Below are positions 12,836-27,200 of a stretch of DNA of 64,000 bases, piece by piece. The first letter of the stretch is position 1, and every line of letters begins with the position of its first letter. This stretch comes from Perkinsus olseni (lineage: Eukaryota): assembly GCA_013115125.1 (NCBI GenBank), contig JABANN010000005.1:1-64000 (forward strand), read 5' to 3'. The position numbers and the translations under genes are program-made. The notes under the pieces were generated by a model, which was not told the origin of the DNA, did no database searches, and saw only the letters and a program-made list of their open reading frames with translations.

Positions 12836-13565
12836 TTACCAGTCTCCGACTTGCTCGTTCATGAATTCGAAGAGGAGGTAGGACGAGCCTTGGCTAATCC
12901 GCTTAGAAATGGAACGCTTGAACGTGGCCCAAATCTGTGGCAAGTAGTAGTCGGCTAATATAGTGCACGCCAAGATGAATAGGAAGACAAATAACATAGT
13001 CATGAAGGTAGCGCGGCCTGACAGGATCATCGTCAGTGAATACCGCCGCAGCCCCCCAACTCACGAGCTCCGCACAATCCTGCAAACATCACTAGTCCGA
13101 CGAACATGATGACCGAGCCTGACATGAGGAGATATGATGACAGTCCGTGCGTATACTCTCACCGATGCCCAACAGCCAGCCCAAGTAGGTGGTAGTAGCA
13201 TACTTCCACCAACCCTGAGGACAGTACGGATGGCGACGGAGCGTGAAGGGCGAACTGGAGCAGGGCTACGCCACGGATGCCCTTTGATGAGGAAGATATG
13301 TTACAGACGCACCGCAAAGAAGACTTGAGAATTCAAAAGCCTTATCTTTACGCCTCTGGATTCCCTTTTCTTCCATTCCTGATGTCCTCTCGGTTATACG
13401 CTACATGAGTTCACGAATCGAGTTGGTGATTACCACCGGGCATAGCAATAGTAACGGCCGAGGTGGTCGTAAGCTCACCTCTCTGTACTCTGAACTATTG
13501 ACGAAGTAATCGAGGTCAACTCCCAAGAACAGCCATTTCCAGAATGGGTCAAGAAAGTCCAGCAT
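12836..13565 (-). CDS. Small multi-TM membrane protein, paralog C
   Basis: MLDFLDPFWKWLFLGVDLDYFVNSSEYRE...GWWKYATTTYLGWLLGI...GRATFMTMLFVFLF..PQIWATFK; clear paralog of 10697-11254. Confidence 0.7.
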
Positions 13566-13946
13566 TACACTGCCTTCCCATTAACATCCCTCAATTTCAA
13601 TTGATTAACGATCGATAACAACAAAACACTGTGTGGAATGAATAGAGACCGATGAGCTTCAATTAAGGACCCTCAGCATCCTCCAGTCACTTTGATAACA
13701 AGGCCTCCACTACTCAACTCACAGCTCGGGTTAAGCGTGGGCTCCGAGCTGCATCCTGCTCGCTACAACACGGTCTCTTGATGGTTGGGATGGAATCAAC
13801 ACGACTCGACTCGACTTCAGCTGGACGTTCTTCAGTGCTTGGGGTCTCAAGGCATTCAATGCGCGCTTCGGCAAGAATAGAAAATCTTGCATATCTTGCC
13901 TTCCTTGCAGTTTCTCAACACCCACCAGATGGAGTGAAGTCTCGTA

Positions 13947-15357
13947 ATGGTCTTGACTGGCGGTCCACTATTCACCCTACGACCACGCGACTCGGTGTCA
14001 TCAGTGAATGATGTAGTGGCTGTACACGGAGGCAGCTTAGCAACAGGAAGCAGTGATGGGTGCCTAAGGATATGGGATATGGTAATAGTAATCACCAACC
14101 TTGATGGGGTCGTCTGATAAACCAATTCGGAAACTCAGAAGCGATTTTGGAAGCGCATTTTTCGCGCAAACAGCAATCCCAGAGTCGATTCTGAGTTTCA
14201 GAGCTGCTTTATTGAACGCTACAAGAGCTTCGCCATCAGGTAACAAGGAGGCCTAGTGTATCGATCAGTACTGGGCCTGACTCAATAACCAGCGTGATAG
14301 AAGCAGCGACCGATGGCCATGCATTGGCAGTGCAGACAAAAGCGAAGGCCCTATCACTTTGGGATGTCAACCAGTCGAGCAAAGGTAACATCATCGATGC
14401 AGTCCTTGAGTACCATCATACTAGGGCTTCTACAGCTTCCCCTGTCTGGTCTGCCCCTACGCCCAAGGCCTACACCTTCTGTAAGGCAGTGCCCTTGAAG
14501 GGAGGCACTATAGCATGCCCCATCACGGAAAGCGACATCGGGATCTTTGATTGTCGTGTTGGCTCCGCCACTGCTACACTACGGTAATCACAGTGACATC
14601 TTTCCTCCCTAAACTCGTCGTACAGGGCACCTGGCTCGGAAGGCTCGAATGATGCGAAGACCGGATCTGCTGTAGCAATCCGACAGTTATATGAAGAGGA
14701 CGGCAACGGTTTAGTTGTCGTATACGAATCGGGACGTAGGAAGGGCAGCACTTGTAAAGACTTAATGAAAGGCCTGTGTATAGGTATGGCCTTATTCGAC
14801 CCTCGACGGTTCGGGCTGCCGTGTGCCGAGGCCCGCTGTGAGCTTTCGAAGGGACGGGGTAGTGGTAGTAGTACGGTAACGTGTATGGAAAGGCTGGCCA
14901 ATGAGCTGTGGATCGGCACATCTGATAGTCATGTTACTATGATGGTAGCAGGCGGAGATGAGAATAAGGGCGAATACGCCATCGAACAGGTATTGCACCG
15001 CTGTAACTGTTATCGTATTATTCATGACCAGGTTGATATTGAGAACCCCTCCTTGCGAGTAGGAGGCTCCAATATTGGTATCGGTAGTATGGCGGTTCGG
15101 CAAGATCTCCGTCTGCTTGTTGCTGGGCTATGGGATGGCCGGATCGTCCTCGTAGACGTTAAGACACGTAATGGTGATATCAGCCGCTTGCCCGAGTAGT
15201 GCAGAAGCATTTTGTAGGTACCATTCTGGGGGATTTACCACAGTCTCACGATGCTAGTATTACTAAAGTTACTTTTCTACCGGACGACCGCTTCGCCATT
15301 GCCAGCACCGATGGGCGTGTATCGGTTTGGAACACTTATCAGCATACTGTTGTATAA
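13947..15357 (+). CDS. GNB1L: WD40 protein, GNB1L/Asa1-like
   Basis: PLFTLRP..LATGSSDGCLRIWD at the N-terminus; C-terminal GIGSMAVRQDLRLLVAGLWDGRI...HDASITKVTF..ASTDGRVSVWNTY parallels GNB1L. Confidence 0.75.
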
Positions 15358-15478
15358 TCACCATTAACAAGGTATAATTCAGTTTCCTTAAATTCCATGT
15401 CATTCACGTGCTTGGAGTTGAGATATTTCTGCCTAGTGAACTCAGTTCAGTTTTTCTTCTTCCCTCTGTTGCATCAGT

Positions 15479-16050
15479 ATGGCTGTTGGTCCCCTAGCTC
15501 GGTACTACACATACAACCTAGTGGCGTCAATAGACCCTTCATCAGGTTGGTTACACGAATAGCATCTGTAGCCGGTAACACGGTCGGTAAGGCGGTGGTT
15601 AGTGCGTATAAGGATGCCGCCAAGCAAGCTACACAAGCAGCAGCTATGGCGTGAGGAGGGGATGCGTGTATTGGCCTCGCTGGTGACAATGCTATTCTGC
15701 AGGGCTGCTAGACGTAAGATGCCAGTTGAGGAAGCTCATAAGATACTAGGCGTGGACAGTGCTGAGCTGCATGATACTGAGGCCAGGGATATACTAGCTG
15801 AAGTAGGGGGCGTTCATCCAGGAGTGGTATAGTTATGTATTCATCAGCACTATAAGAAGTTGTATGAGCTCAACAGCCCCAACCCTCCTGACTTCTACGG
15901 CAGTCCGTATCTACAGACCAGAGTGGAGCATGCGTATAAGGTAGTAGTGTATTCATGACGAGCATTGAGGAGACCAGGGGTGATCACTAGGTTGCATTAC
16001 AAGAAATTCAGAAGGCTAAAAACGCTGATACCGCTAAGGCTGGTAACTGA
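15479..16050 (+). CDS. PAM16: Mitochondrial import motor subunit PAM16/Tim16
   Basis: VGKAVVSAYKDAA, MPVEEAHKILGV, HYKKLYELN, GSPYLQTRVEHA (J-like domain). Confidence 0.9.
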
Positions 16051-16308
16051 CGGGATTGAAGACGATTTCAAGTCTTATACAGCCTTGCATTCCCCTAACG
16101 GGTTAGCTCCCCTCGAACCATACCACTTTTACTGTTTCTCATCATTCACTCTCCTGTACAGATCCTCTCTTACCAACATAATACTCTTGTACAATTTTCC
16201 TGTGAGACCAGTGCCATTGCGTTTTGACTGGTGGCAACGTTGATCTGAATGCGAGGGGTCCCATTATCGTTGGTAGTGCTAGGGAGGCAGTATCATTTTT
16301 GTAGTGCA

Positions 16309-17001
16309 ATGAGCTCTTCAGCGATAGTGATCGGGAGGCCGGTGGCGCGGAGCTGTGACGACATTGAGACCTGTGATGGGAGGCCGGTAGTGGTAGCAGG
16401 TGTGGCATGCTGCTTTAAAACCTATAAAGTAATCATACTTGAGGGACTTCGCGAGGGTGGTGTAACCTGCTCAGTAGATACGGTATGGTGTATCCTTCTG
16501 GATCTACCTCATAGTCATTTCTATTGGCTGCACCAGCGGTGTGTGGATTGGGTTGATACGCGACAGTGCAGGACTGCCATGGCGAATATCAACGCTCCTC
16601 CTCGTACTTGTTTTAATCTGGTTCATACTGGCGTTCTTCATACCGATACGTCTACAACGATTACCGGATGGAGTGGTACTCGTTACCCCTCTGGTTAAGT
16701 ATACAGCCATGCTCGATGACATAACGGATGTCATGATGGTAAGCCATAACGACGCCGACGCCAGCGGCCTCCGTCCAACCCCCCTTAGGTCCGTAGTGCC
16801 TGCGGGAGTGAAGCCTTGGAGGCGGCCCACCGGTACCCCTGCCGGACCTTCTTCGGTTTTCCGACAGACTACCCTGGGTATCTGCTCATCGCTAGCAACA
16901 AGTGCCTAGGCAACATGATAGTATCCCTGGACGAAATGCAGCTGTTGTATGATGATTTAAGGAACGTGATCGATGCTCGTGGAGAGATGGCTGGAGTGTG
17001 A
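16309..17001 (+). CDS. Hypothetical two-TM membrane protein
   Basis: Spliced frame with two hydrophobic helices (SFWIYLIVISIG; TLLLVLVLIWFILAFFIP) followed by a soluble region; TGA at 16999-17001. Confidence 0.5.
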
Positions 17002-17463
17002 TAGCCTTACCACAACGCTGCAGCCCCGGAAGTACCATCATCATTACATTTTTAGTGTGTCGTGTGACCCCTTTACCAGCACTACTTAGGTTTAGTTATT
17101 ACAGGATAGGGGATACAATATCGTACGAGGCAGCATGCGTATCTGGCCTCTAACTTCACCAGCGTCGAGCATTGCCACTTGTCGCTGCGAAAAATCTTCC
17201 GGCAATCGCTGCCCATAAACCGCCGTGCTGCTCGCGTATCGGTGTCGTGCAGTCCATACCGCTAGCCCGTGGATAACCGACTCGTTCTCACATCATGTTA
17301 AGCCCTTTATCGTCATGTGGTAGCGGGGCCACTTATCGTGAGGAGCGGCGTGGGCAGTTAACAGTACACTACCAGTTAGCACTCGTCCACCCATGCGCTC
17401 GCACTCTGCGGTGGTTGTGATTGCCCATATCCAGACAGTTGCAATTGATTACTTTTCCGACTA

Positions 17464-19105
17464 ATGAGCCGTGGTACAGCTCTTTCATCGAGCGGACCAG
17501 AGAGCATAAGCAACACACGAGGGATGACGGATGATGCTGTCCCAAACAGCAAGGCTGAAAACAAGCCCAAGTCGGAGCCTGCACCTCGGATTAGGTGGAT
17601 ACGCACTGCCGCTGTCGATGAGGAGACCGGGCTCTCGTAAGGGGCTTTCTCAAGGCTTGAGGCCTTACCTTCATAATGCAGGTACCATACAGATCACTAC
17701 GGTGGTGTGGCCGTGGACCGGTTCCCCGATAATCTCATGGACGCATCATCGTGTATTGACGCTTTGTCGAAGCTGTGTAGTCGGTGCAAGAGGGAAGGGG
17801 TCCTCACTGGAGCATTCTGGGTTAGAATAGAGGAGGAGCGTTACCATTTGGTAGGTTGCGGTGAATTCTTGGTATTATGGCAGTCCGCATGGTAGTTACC
17901 ACTGCTGTTAAAAGAACAGCCGCCATCGAACGGTCTTCCCCACTTCCGTTTTCACCACGCCGATCCGACCTACGCTGAGATTGTCGGATGGACCAACCCA
18001 AACAGAGAGGATCGTGTACCCCACCAGGCTAGCCATACCGTTGGCGTTGGAGCTATCGTACTGGACCAAACAAGTACCGCCATACCCGTATACTCTCCTA
18101 CCTGGACCGTTTCTCTTGTCGCAGATAGAGTGCTGCTAGTGCAGGAAGCCACAGGTCCCGCTGCTAGTATCAAATTATGGAAGTTGGTGACAGGTCTAGT
18201 GGAAGCAGGAGAGGAAATTGAAGATGCTGCTGTTCGTGAAGTCCACGAGGAAACCGGAATTACCGCGACCTTCGAGCGAGTTCTCGCCGTCCGCCATTCT
18301 CATAAGGGCACGGCTGAGCTCGGCAACAGATCGGATCTTTTCTGGGTGTGCATACTACGAGTGGATGAAGACAATGACGCCAATAAAGCTGTGCTCAACC
18401 TTCCGGACGGGGAGCTGCCACGGAGTTATCTCCAAGCTAGTGAGATCAAGGAAGCAAGATTTGTGCCCTACAAACAGCTGCATGAAATTACAGGTAGTAA
18501 TAACAATAACAGTAGTATGAGCATAAGCCGTTTTGTTCCGTGAAACCCAGGCAGCATCCATTGATTGAAGTGAGATCGTGTACTGTTATTTTAGGGGTAC
18601 CGGAAGGTAGTGTAATGTGGTGTATATACAAGCAGGCTCAGCGTTATATACAAACCGGCGAGGGCGGACTTAAAAGCGTCCTCGTCCCTTCTGGGAATCT
18701 TGGACCCCAACTTACTCATATTTATTATTAGACCCTCGCGCAGTGTACACGCTGTGATGTAGAGCGCCAGCAACTCCCTCTTGTTTCCCTGGACGAGGCA
18801 TGCGGACCGAGTGATCCACCCAGCCGCAGTCCCTCGAATGTTACTCTTTTTTCTACAACTTCTGTGTGGTTTCACCTCCCATCATCGGAATGGAGTCGTT
18901 CTTGGGTAGTGGTCAATCACGTCGCTGTCGAGTTGTGTCGGGAAGGTTGTGTTTCCGTTTGTTAGACGTTCCAAAGGGCGGCACTATGTGGTGCGTGTAC
19001 GAGCATATCCAGCGGTATATCGACAGAAAGGAAGGAGGCATAGACTCGATGTCCCTTGCGGGGCAAGCGTCTGATAATCAGAGATTATATTTCAGCATCA
19101 AGTGA
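17464..19105 (+). CDS. NUDT6-like Nudix hydrolase with two alternative last exons (18595-18731 and 18966-19105)
   Basis: DHYGGV, FRFHHA, ASHTVGVGAIV, VLLVQE, Nudix box GLVEAGEEIEDAAVREVHEETGI, SDLFWVC; start approximate. Confidence 0.88.
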
Positions 19106-20116
19106 ATTGAACTTTGCTTGTGTCTATGAGTGCTGTGTTGCCCTGATAGTTGAGCGAGGACACTGACCACTCAAAGAACGATGAGGCACACCGCCGTTAT
19201 GAGTCGTATGACAGCGCCCGACGGGGCCAAACGCACCCGCCTAGAATGTGAACAGGCGGGAGTGAGGTATCGGATAAGACTCGCTTCTTCGAGAATACGG
19301 GTAAAGATCGATCACAGCGTTGCAGAAGCTGACGAAGTGCACAAGCTCATCACTGACACGAGCATACGATAGCAGCAGGGCAGCCGACTTGGAAAGTGAA
19401 CACGGATCATCGAGGAGCGATAGACTCAGCGTTCAGCTAAGGCTCCACGAACGGAGTTATCTCAGCAGAATGATAGCTGTAAAGAGGACTGCAGAAGGTC
19501 TCACTCGGTCGTGTTGGAGTAGAGGCAGTTAAGGTTGCCCGAACTGTGCTGCCGGCTTGGGAGCCTATATACTCACGAAACTGTATACGGCAGAGTCTGT
19601 TGATCAGCCTCGGCTCACTTGTAGTCCAGAGAGGAGGAGGACGATACTGGGCTGAGTAGAGGCCCGAGCTTTCAGTTCAAGGACGATCGATCGCTGCCAA
19701 AGCAGGGATGAGATGAGCATCTCACGGGGATTGCGTCCCAAGGGCTTTGATTCGGTCTGGGCTGTATGATCGGTAAGAAAACCTTTGCCTGCAATGTCGG
19801 AGATGGCGCTAAATTAGACGACTCCCACAGGAGCTCTATAGGGTTGGTAAAGTGACTGCACACCGCGCTCAGACACTGTTGAGAGCGGTGAGTGGATGTG
19901 GATCGGGGCCTGCACAATTGGCTCTCCTCCTCCTCGTCCTCCCACTGTGGCTGCCTCCCTTCGAGATCCGGCACAGGAGTTTAAGCCCGATAATGAATAG
20001 ACTAGTTCGAGAAGGCTCCTAAGACTTTCCGTTCTAGTCCCATCCCACTCACTTAAACACCAGCTCCTAAGGTCGTCTAGATCAAGTCGCGTAGCTACGT
20101 AGCATGCAAAACAATA

Positions 20117-23267
<3,151 letters not shown>

Positions 23268-24299
23268 GTTGTGATGGCCAAAAAGAAAGACCTACTACCA
23301 CTACCGCCGGTAAGACCCTCATGGTATTACCACCCGAACCCTCCTAACGCCCCTGGAGATTTTTCAAGCAGCGGAGGTGTTCAATGTATCCCTCCTGTAT
23401 CTCAGAAGCGCTTTTTTACGTGTGAGGAACGATCCTGGCAGTGCTCTTGGACGAAGATCAGATATGCGCAGTTGAAAGCGCGCGCGCCCGCGGCTCGCCT
23501 CTGGCGCACGCCCGAAAACTTTCCCATCTTTGCGACGACGTTGAGAGTGTATGAAGACGATGGAATGAAGTATGAAAGTGCTGTATCTTGGGGTGTGTAC
23601 GGGATTCTAACTAAGGATTATGTCCTCGCTCTCCACTGCAGTACTAGCAACAAGGACTAGCAGCTAAGGTATACTGATTTATGATACTAATATTTGATTT
23701 TGGATCGGACGGCTCTGGAGTGTGAGGGGATTGCGGACTCGTCGGACTCCGACGGTCGGAGAGATGGTCCGATGCCGCCGCCACTGCTCAACTCACCGGT
23801 GAGTACTCATTGATGGGCTACAGGATCGTGGTGTTCCAGTGGAGAGGGCCATGCGCATGAATGTACTGCCATGAATGGCAGTACCAGAAAGGGACCCCCT
23901 TACATGTACTCGCACTGCGAGTATCAGAAGATATGAATTTGCTCTCTTGCACCGTGTGGGCGTTGGCCCCGTAGTAGTTCATCGGCCGCTCTCCTGCCCT
24001 GTCGAGAATACAACCACTGTTAAGGTTTTACCCTGAGTGGGATTCTGATTATCACAATGTCCAGGCATCGGACTTTGAAACAACAAGGGCAACAACCACT
24101 GTGAAGGTTGCATGTTTTACTCTATGACGGTAACGCACTTGTATTTGGTTTTGAGTTAGTAGTGGTTGTGGGAGCCCAGTTGGTAGCTGGGACCGTATTG
24201 CCTTCATTGTAGGGCTGGAAATTCTCGGACGTGGACGTCCTTATCACATTCCTTGCGGCACTTGGACCTTTTACCAAGGGCTTTTTTACCTCCTTCACC

Positions 24300-27200
24300 A
24301 TGTCTGATGACGAAGCAGAGATGGCGGAGCTGAGGGCAGTTCGGGAAGGAAGGGGGTTTACCAGTCGAGGCAGGGCGGCCCACCGTCAAGAGTAGTACCG
24401 GGGGCGCTGCTGGGGCGGACTGTATTCGGAGTCCTTTTTGTCACGCTCGAACTACGTAGTGGCATACGACGGATCATCCTTAAATCCATCGGTAAACCCA
24501 GTAGACCGATCCCGGTAAACCCATGGTCGGTGTTAGATCCATCCTAGGCAGCAACAATGGTCCATCTTGAGCGTTCGTAATCTTGATTCGGCTCTTGAGC
24601 CACTCTGTATGAATCCTGAGAGCATATCTGAGCGACAAGGGACGATTTTCTACTTTACGGCAGCCAGTGGTGTACAATATGTCTTTAAGTCTTGAAGACT
24701 TGACTTTCATGTCGTCATTACCTTCATCTCGTTTTTCTTTCATTAACACAGAAGGCAAGGCTACAGGGAAAACTAGCTATTTACCGTCCCAAAAAGTCTC
24801 TGAAAGTTAAGCCAATACAACGAACGGCACAGGCATAGCTCTCTGGCCGGTGCGCGTCATGCAGGAATGAGGATATCACCGCCACCACCCGGTACTGGAG
24901 TCAGTACCGGGCTTCTCGCTCTGCGGCAGCATCGCCCACGTTGGTTCCCTCGGTGAAACCGGTGGTGTGCTAGCAGCGTTACGCTTGGATACGAGTTGCG
25001 GCAGGTCCGTGGGAGCTACGACGTCTTCCAGTACCTCTTCGAGCTCTGGCCTAGGAGGAGGGTCTTGGCTGCTACCACCGCCGGAAATGCATCTTCCGAC
25101 TCAGTTTGGGAAGAAGGGCAATAGGGTGGACGAAGAGGCTGTTCACAAAGAGTAACCTGCTGTTGTTGTTGGTTGCGTAGCATATTGTCTCCAGGCACAT
25201 TCGAGTGCCCGTCGAAGAGCCTCCAACAGTAGCAGCACAGGCATTGGCCGGTGGGGAGTCGGAAGAGGATGATGACGATCGACGGGAAGCACCGTAGTGT
25301 ACTGTGGTAGACGGGTTGGTCGGCGACTATCGTCTTCAGGAGCCGTATACCGGATACGCATGAGATCTGCCTGGATCTTTGCCCTGAATCTCATAAGTAG
25401 TATGATACCCTTGAACCTAGCGAAGTCCTCTACTCTGGCTCCGGTAGGTCTCTCACGGCGTTGAGTATGGACCCCAAGGGCAGTCGTATGGTCACTGGTG
25501 GAACAGATGGTATGGTAAGGTAGTAATTGGGGGGCGGGCTATGGGCAGCAGGACGAAACGGCATTGACTGAACGTGACTTGCGAAAGAAATGTAGCCTGT
25601 ACGCGAAGCGGCTTTGAGCGGGGACGTGCCTCGCTGTTCCGGGGCACCTTTGGTCGTCACTCCGGCGGCTGGTCGCTCCAAAGTTCACTACGCAAAATAG
25701 CGGGAAAATAGTTTGCTGGGAGAGCGTGTGACAGCAGCAGCGACAGCTGGTGCGTATGCTCTCGTTGATCTTCATGGAGACGACCCTCTAAAGTCAGTGC
25801 GGAAGCCTCATGGGTCCAACGCTCTGCTGTCTCCACTGGCCTGGGAGGATCCACATTCGGTTAGGTATTGGGACCTTAACGGCATCAATGCCATGGACCC
25901 TAAGCCCTTTAGAGAGTTTGCACCGCAGGAAGGATACCCGATCAACTGTGTGAGGTACTGAACCGCTGCTGCTGCTGCTGATGATGATGTGAGCGTTTTT
26001 ATCAGAGTTTGCTTCTCGACTCAGGTTCAGCAATACTGGCGGGCAAGTGCTGGTCCTTCCTGCTGACGCCAGATGCCGCATGTAAGTGGCTTCCCCTTCG
26101 AGTGGCATCACTCTTTAAAATAGTGTAGTTACTGTAGTAACTACTGTAGTGTATATACTATATAGCGGTAGTGCCACGGTACTCCCAACACTAATCTCTT
26201 GTTGTGCTTTCGAACCCACGCTACTTACAAGGCACATATCTTTATCTCAGTCATGATCGTAACGGTACGAGTGCTCCAGTACAGCAATCGGTGAAGGGTG
26301 ATCAGTATATCAGGGATTTGCAGCACACTAAGGGACACACAGCAACCATCACTGATGGTACTAAACCCTCATATGCCGACCCACTGCCACCATCCTTCAT
26401 CGTCAGGTCACTGGCACCCCATGGACCCTTCTAAGTGGATAACGTCAAGTCTTGACTGTACTATACGGATATGGGATATCAACACTCCTGGGACTGGCAT
26501 GGTGAGCCTTGGCACAGCATCGCTCCGCTAAGATGTTCTCCCTTTTCAGGATATGTGGATCCCTTGCATTCACACACTGAAGTGTGTGGATAAGCGTGGC
26601 ATCTGCGGAGGTCGAGGTGGTGTAGAGAACCAACTTTTCGTCAACTCTTGCGGGTAAGCCGCGTCATCGTACTCGTATGGTGGGAGTACTAGCCTCCCCC
26701 CCCCTCCCTCAGGTTTAAGCCCTACGATGGAGGGTTCATTGTTGCTGGATGCAGTGATGGCAGTTTGCAGCTCTTCAACGAACGGAAGAGGTATCATGCT
26801 CCACTGGCGTGCAGGTGTGCTCCATAATGGCTCTAGGTACGGCAAGGCGGATATGATAGCTCGAACGGCTCATACAGATGTCGTCACGTCTGTTAATGTA
26901 CTTGAGGATGGGCAGAGGATGCTCAGTAGAAGCTTGGATGGTAAGGCTGTCTCCAGTGCCACCTCGAAGCTGGCATGGGGCACTCACCGTTTAATTGATA
27001 GGTACAATGAAGCTGTGGGATTGCCGCAAGCTGAGAGCATCGACCCCAGTACGTACGTGGGGTGATCTACCCTGCACTGATGAGCACACGGACATCACCG
27101 TCTCTCCAGACGAGTCATTGGCCCTCACTGGTATGTACCCCCCTCCTCGTATTCTGCCATCCACTATCTTCATACCCCAGGTACCAGTGATGGCCGCGTG

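Noticed and set aside
10697-13565. Got1/Sft2 assignment for the small membrane proteins
   Set aside because: Diagnostic Got1 motifs are absent
25551-25817. Hammerhead ribozyme (GGACGAAAC ... GTCC)
   Set aside because: CUGANGA core is absent (CTCATGG instead) and there is no properly placed NUH cleavage site or stem I
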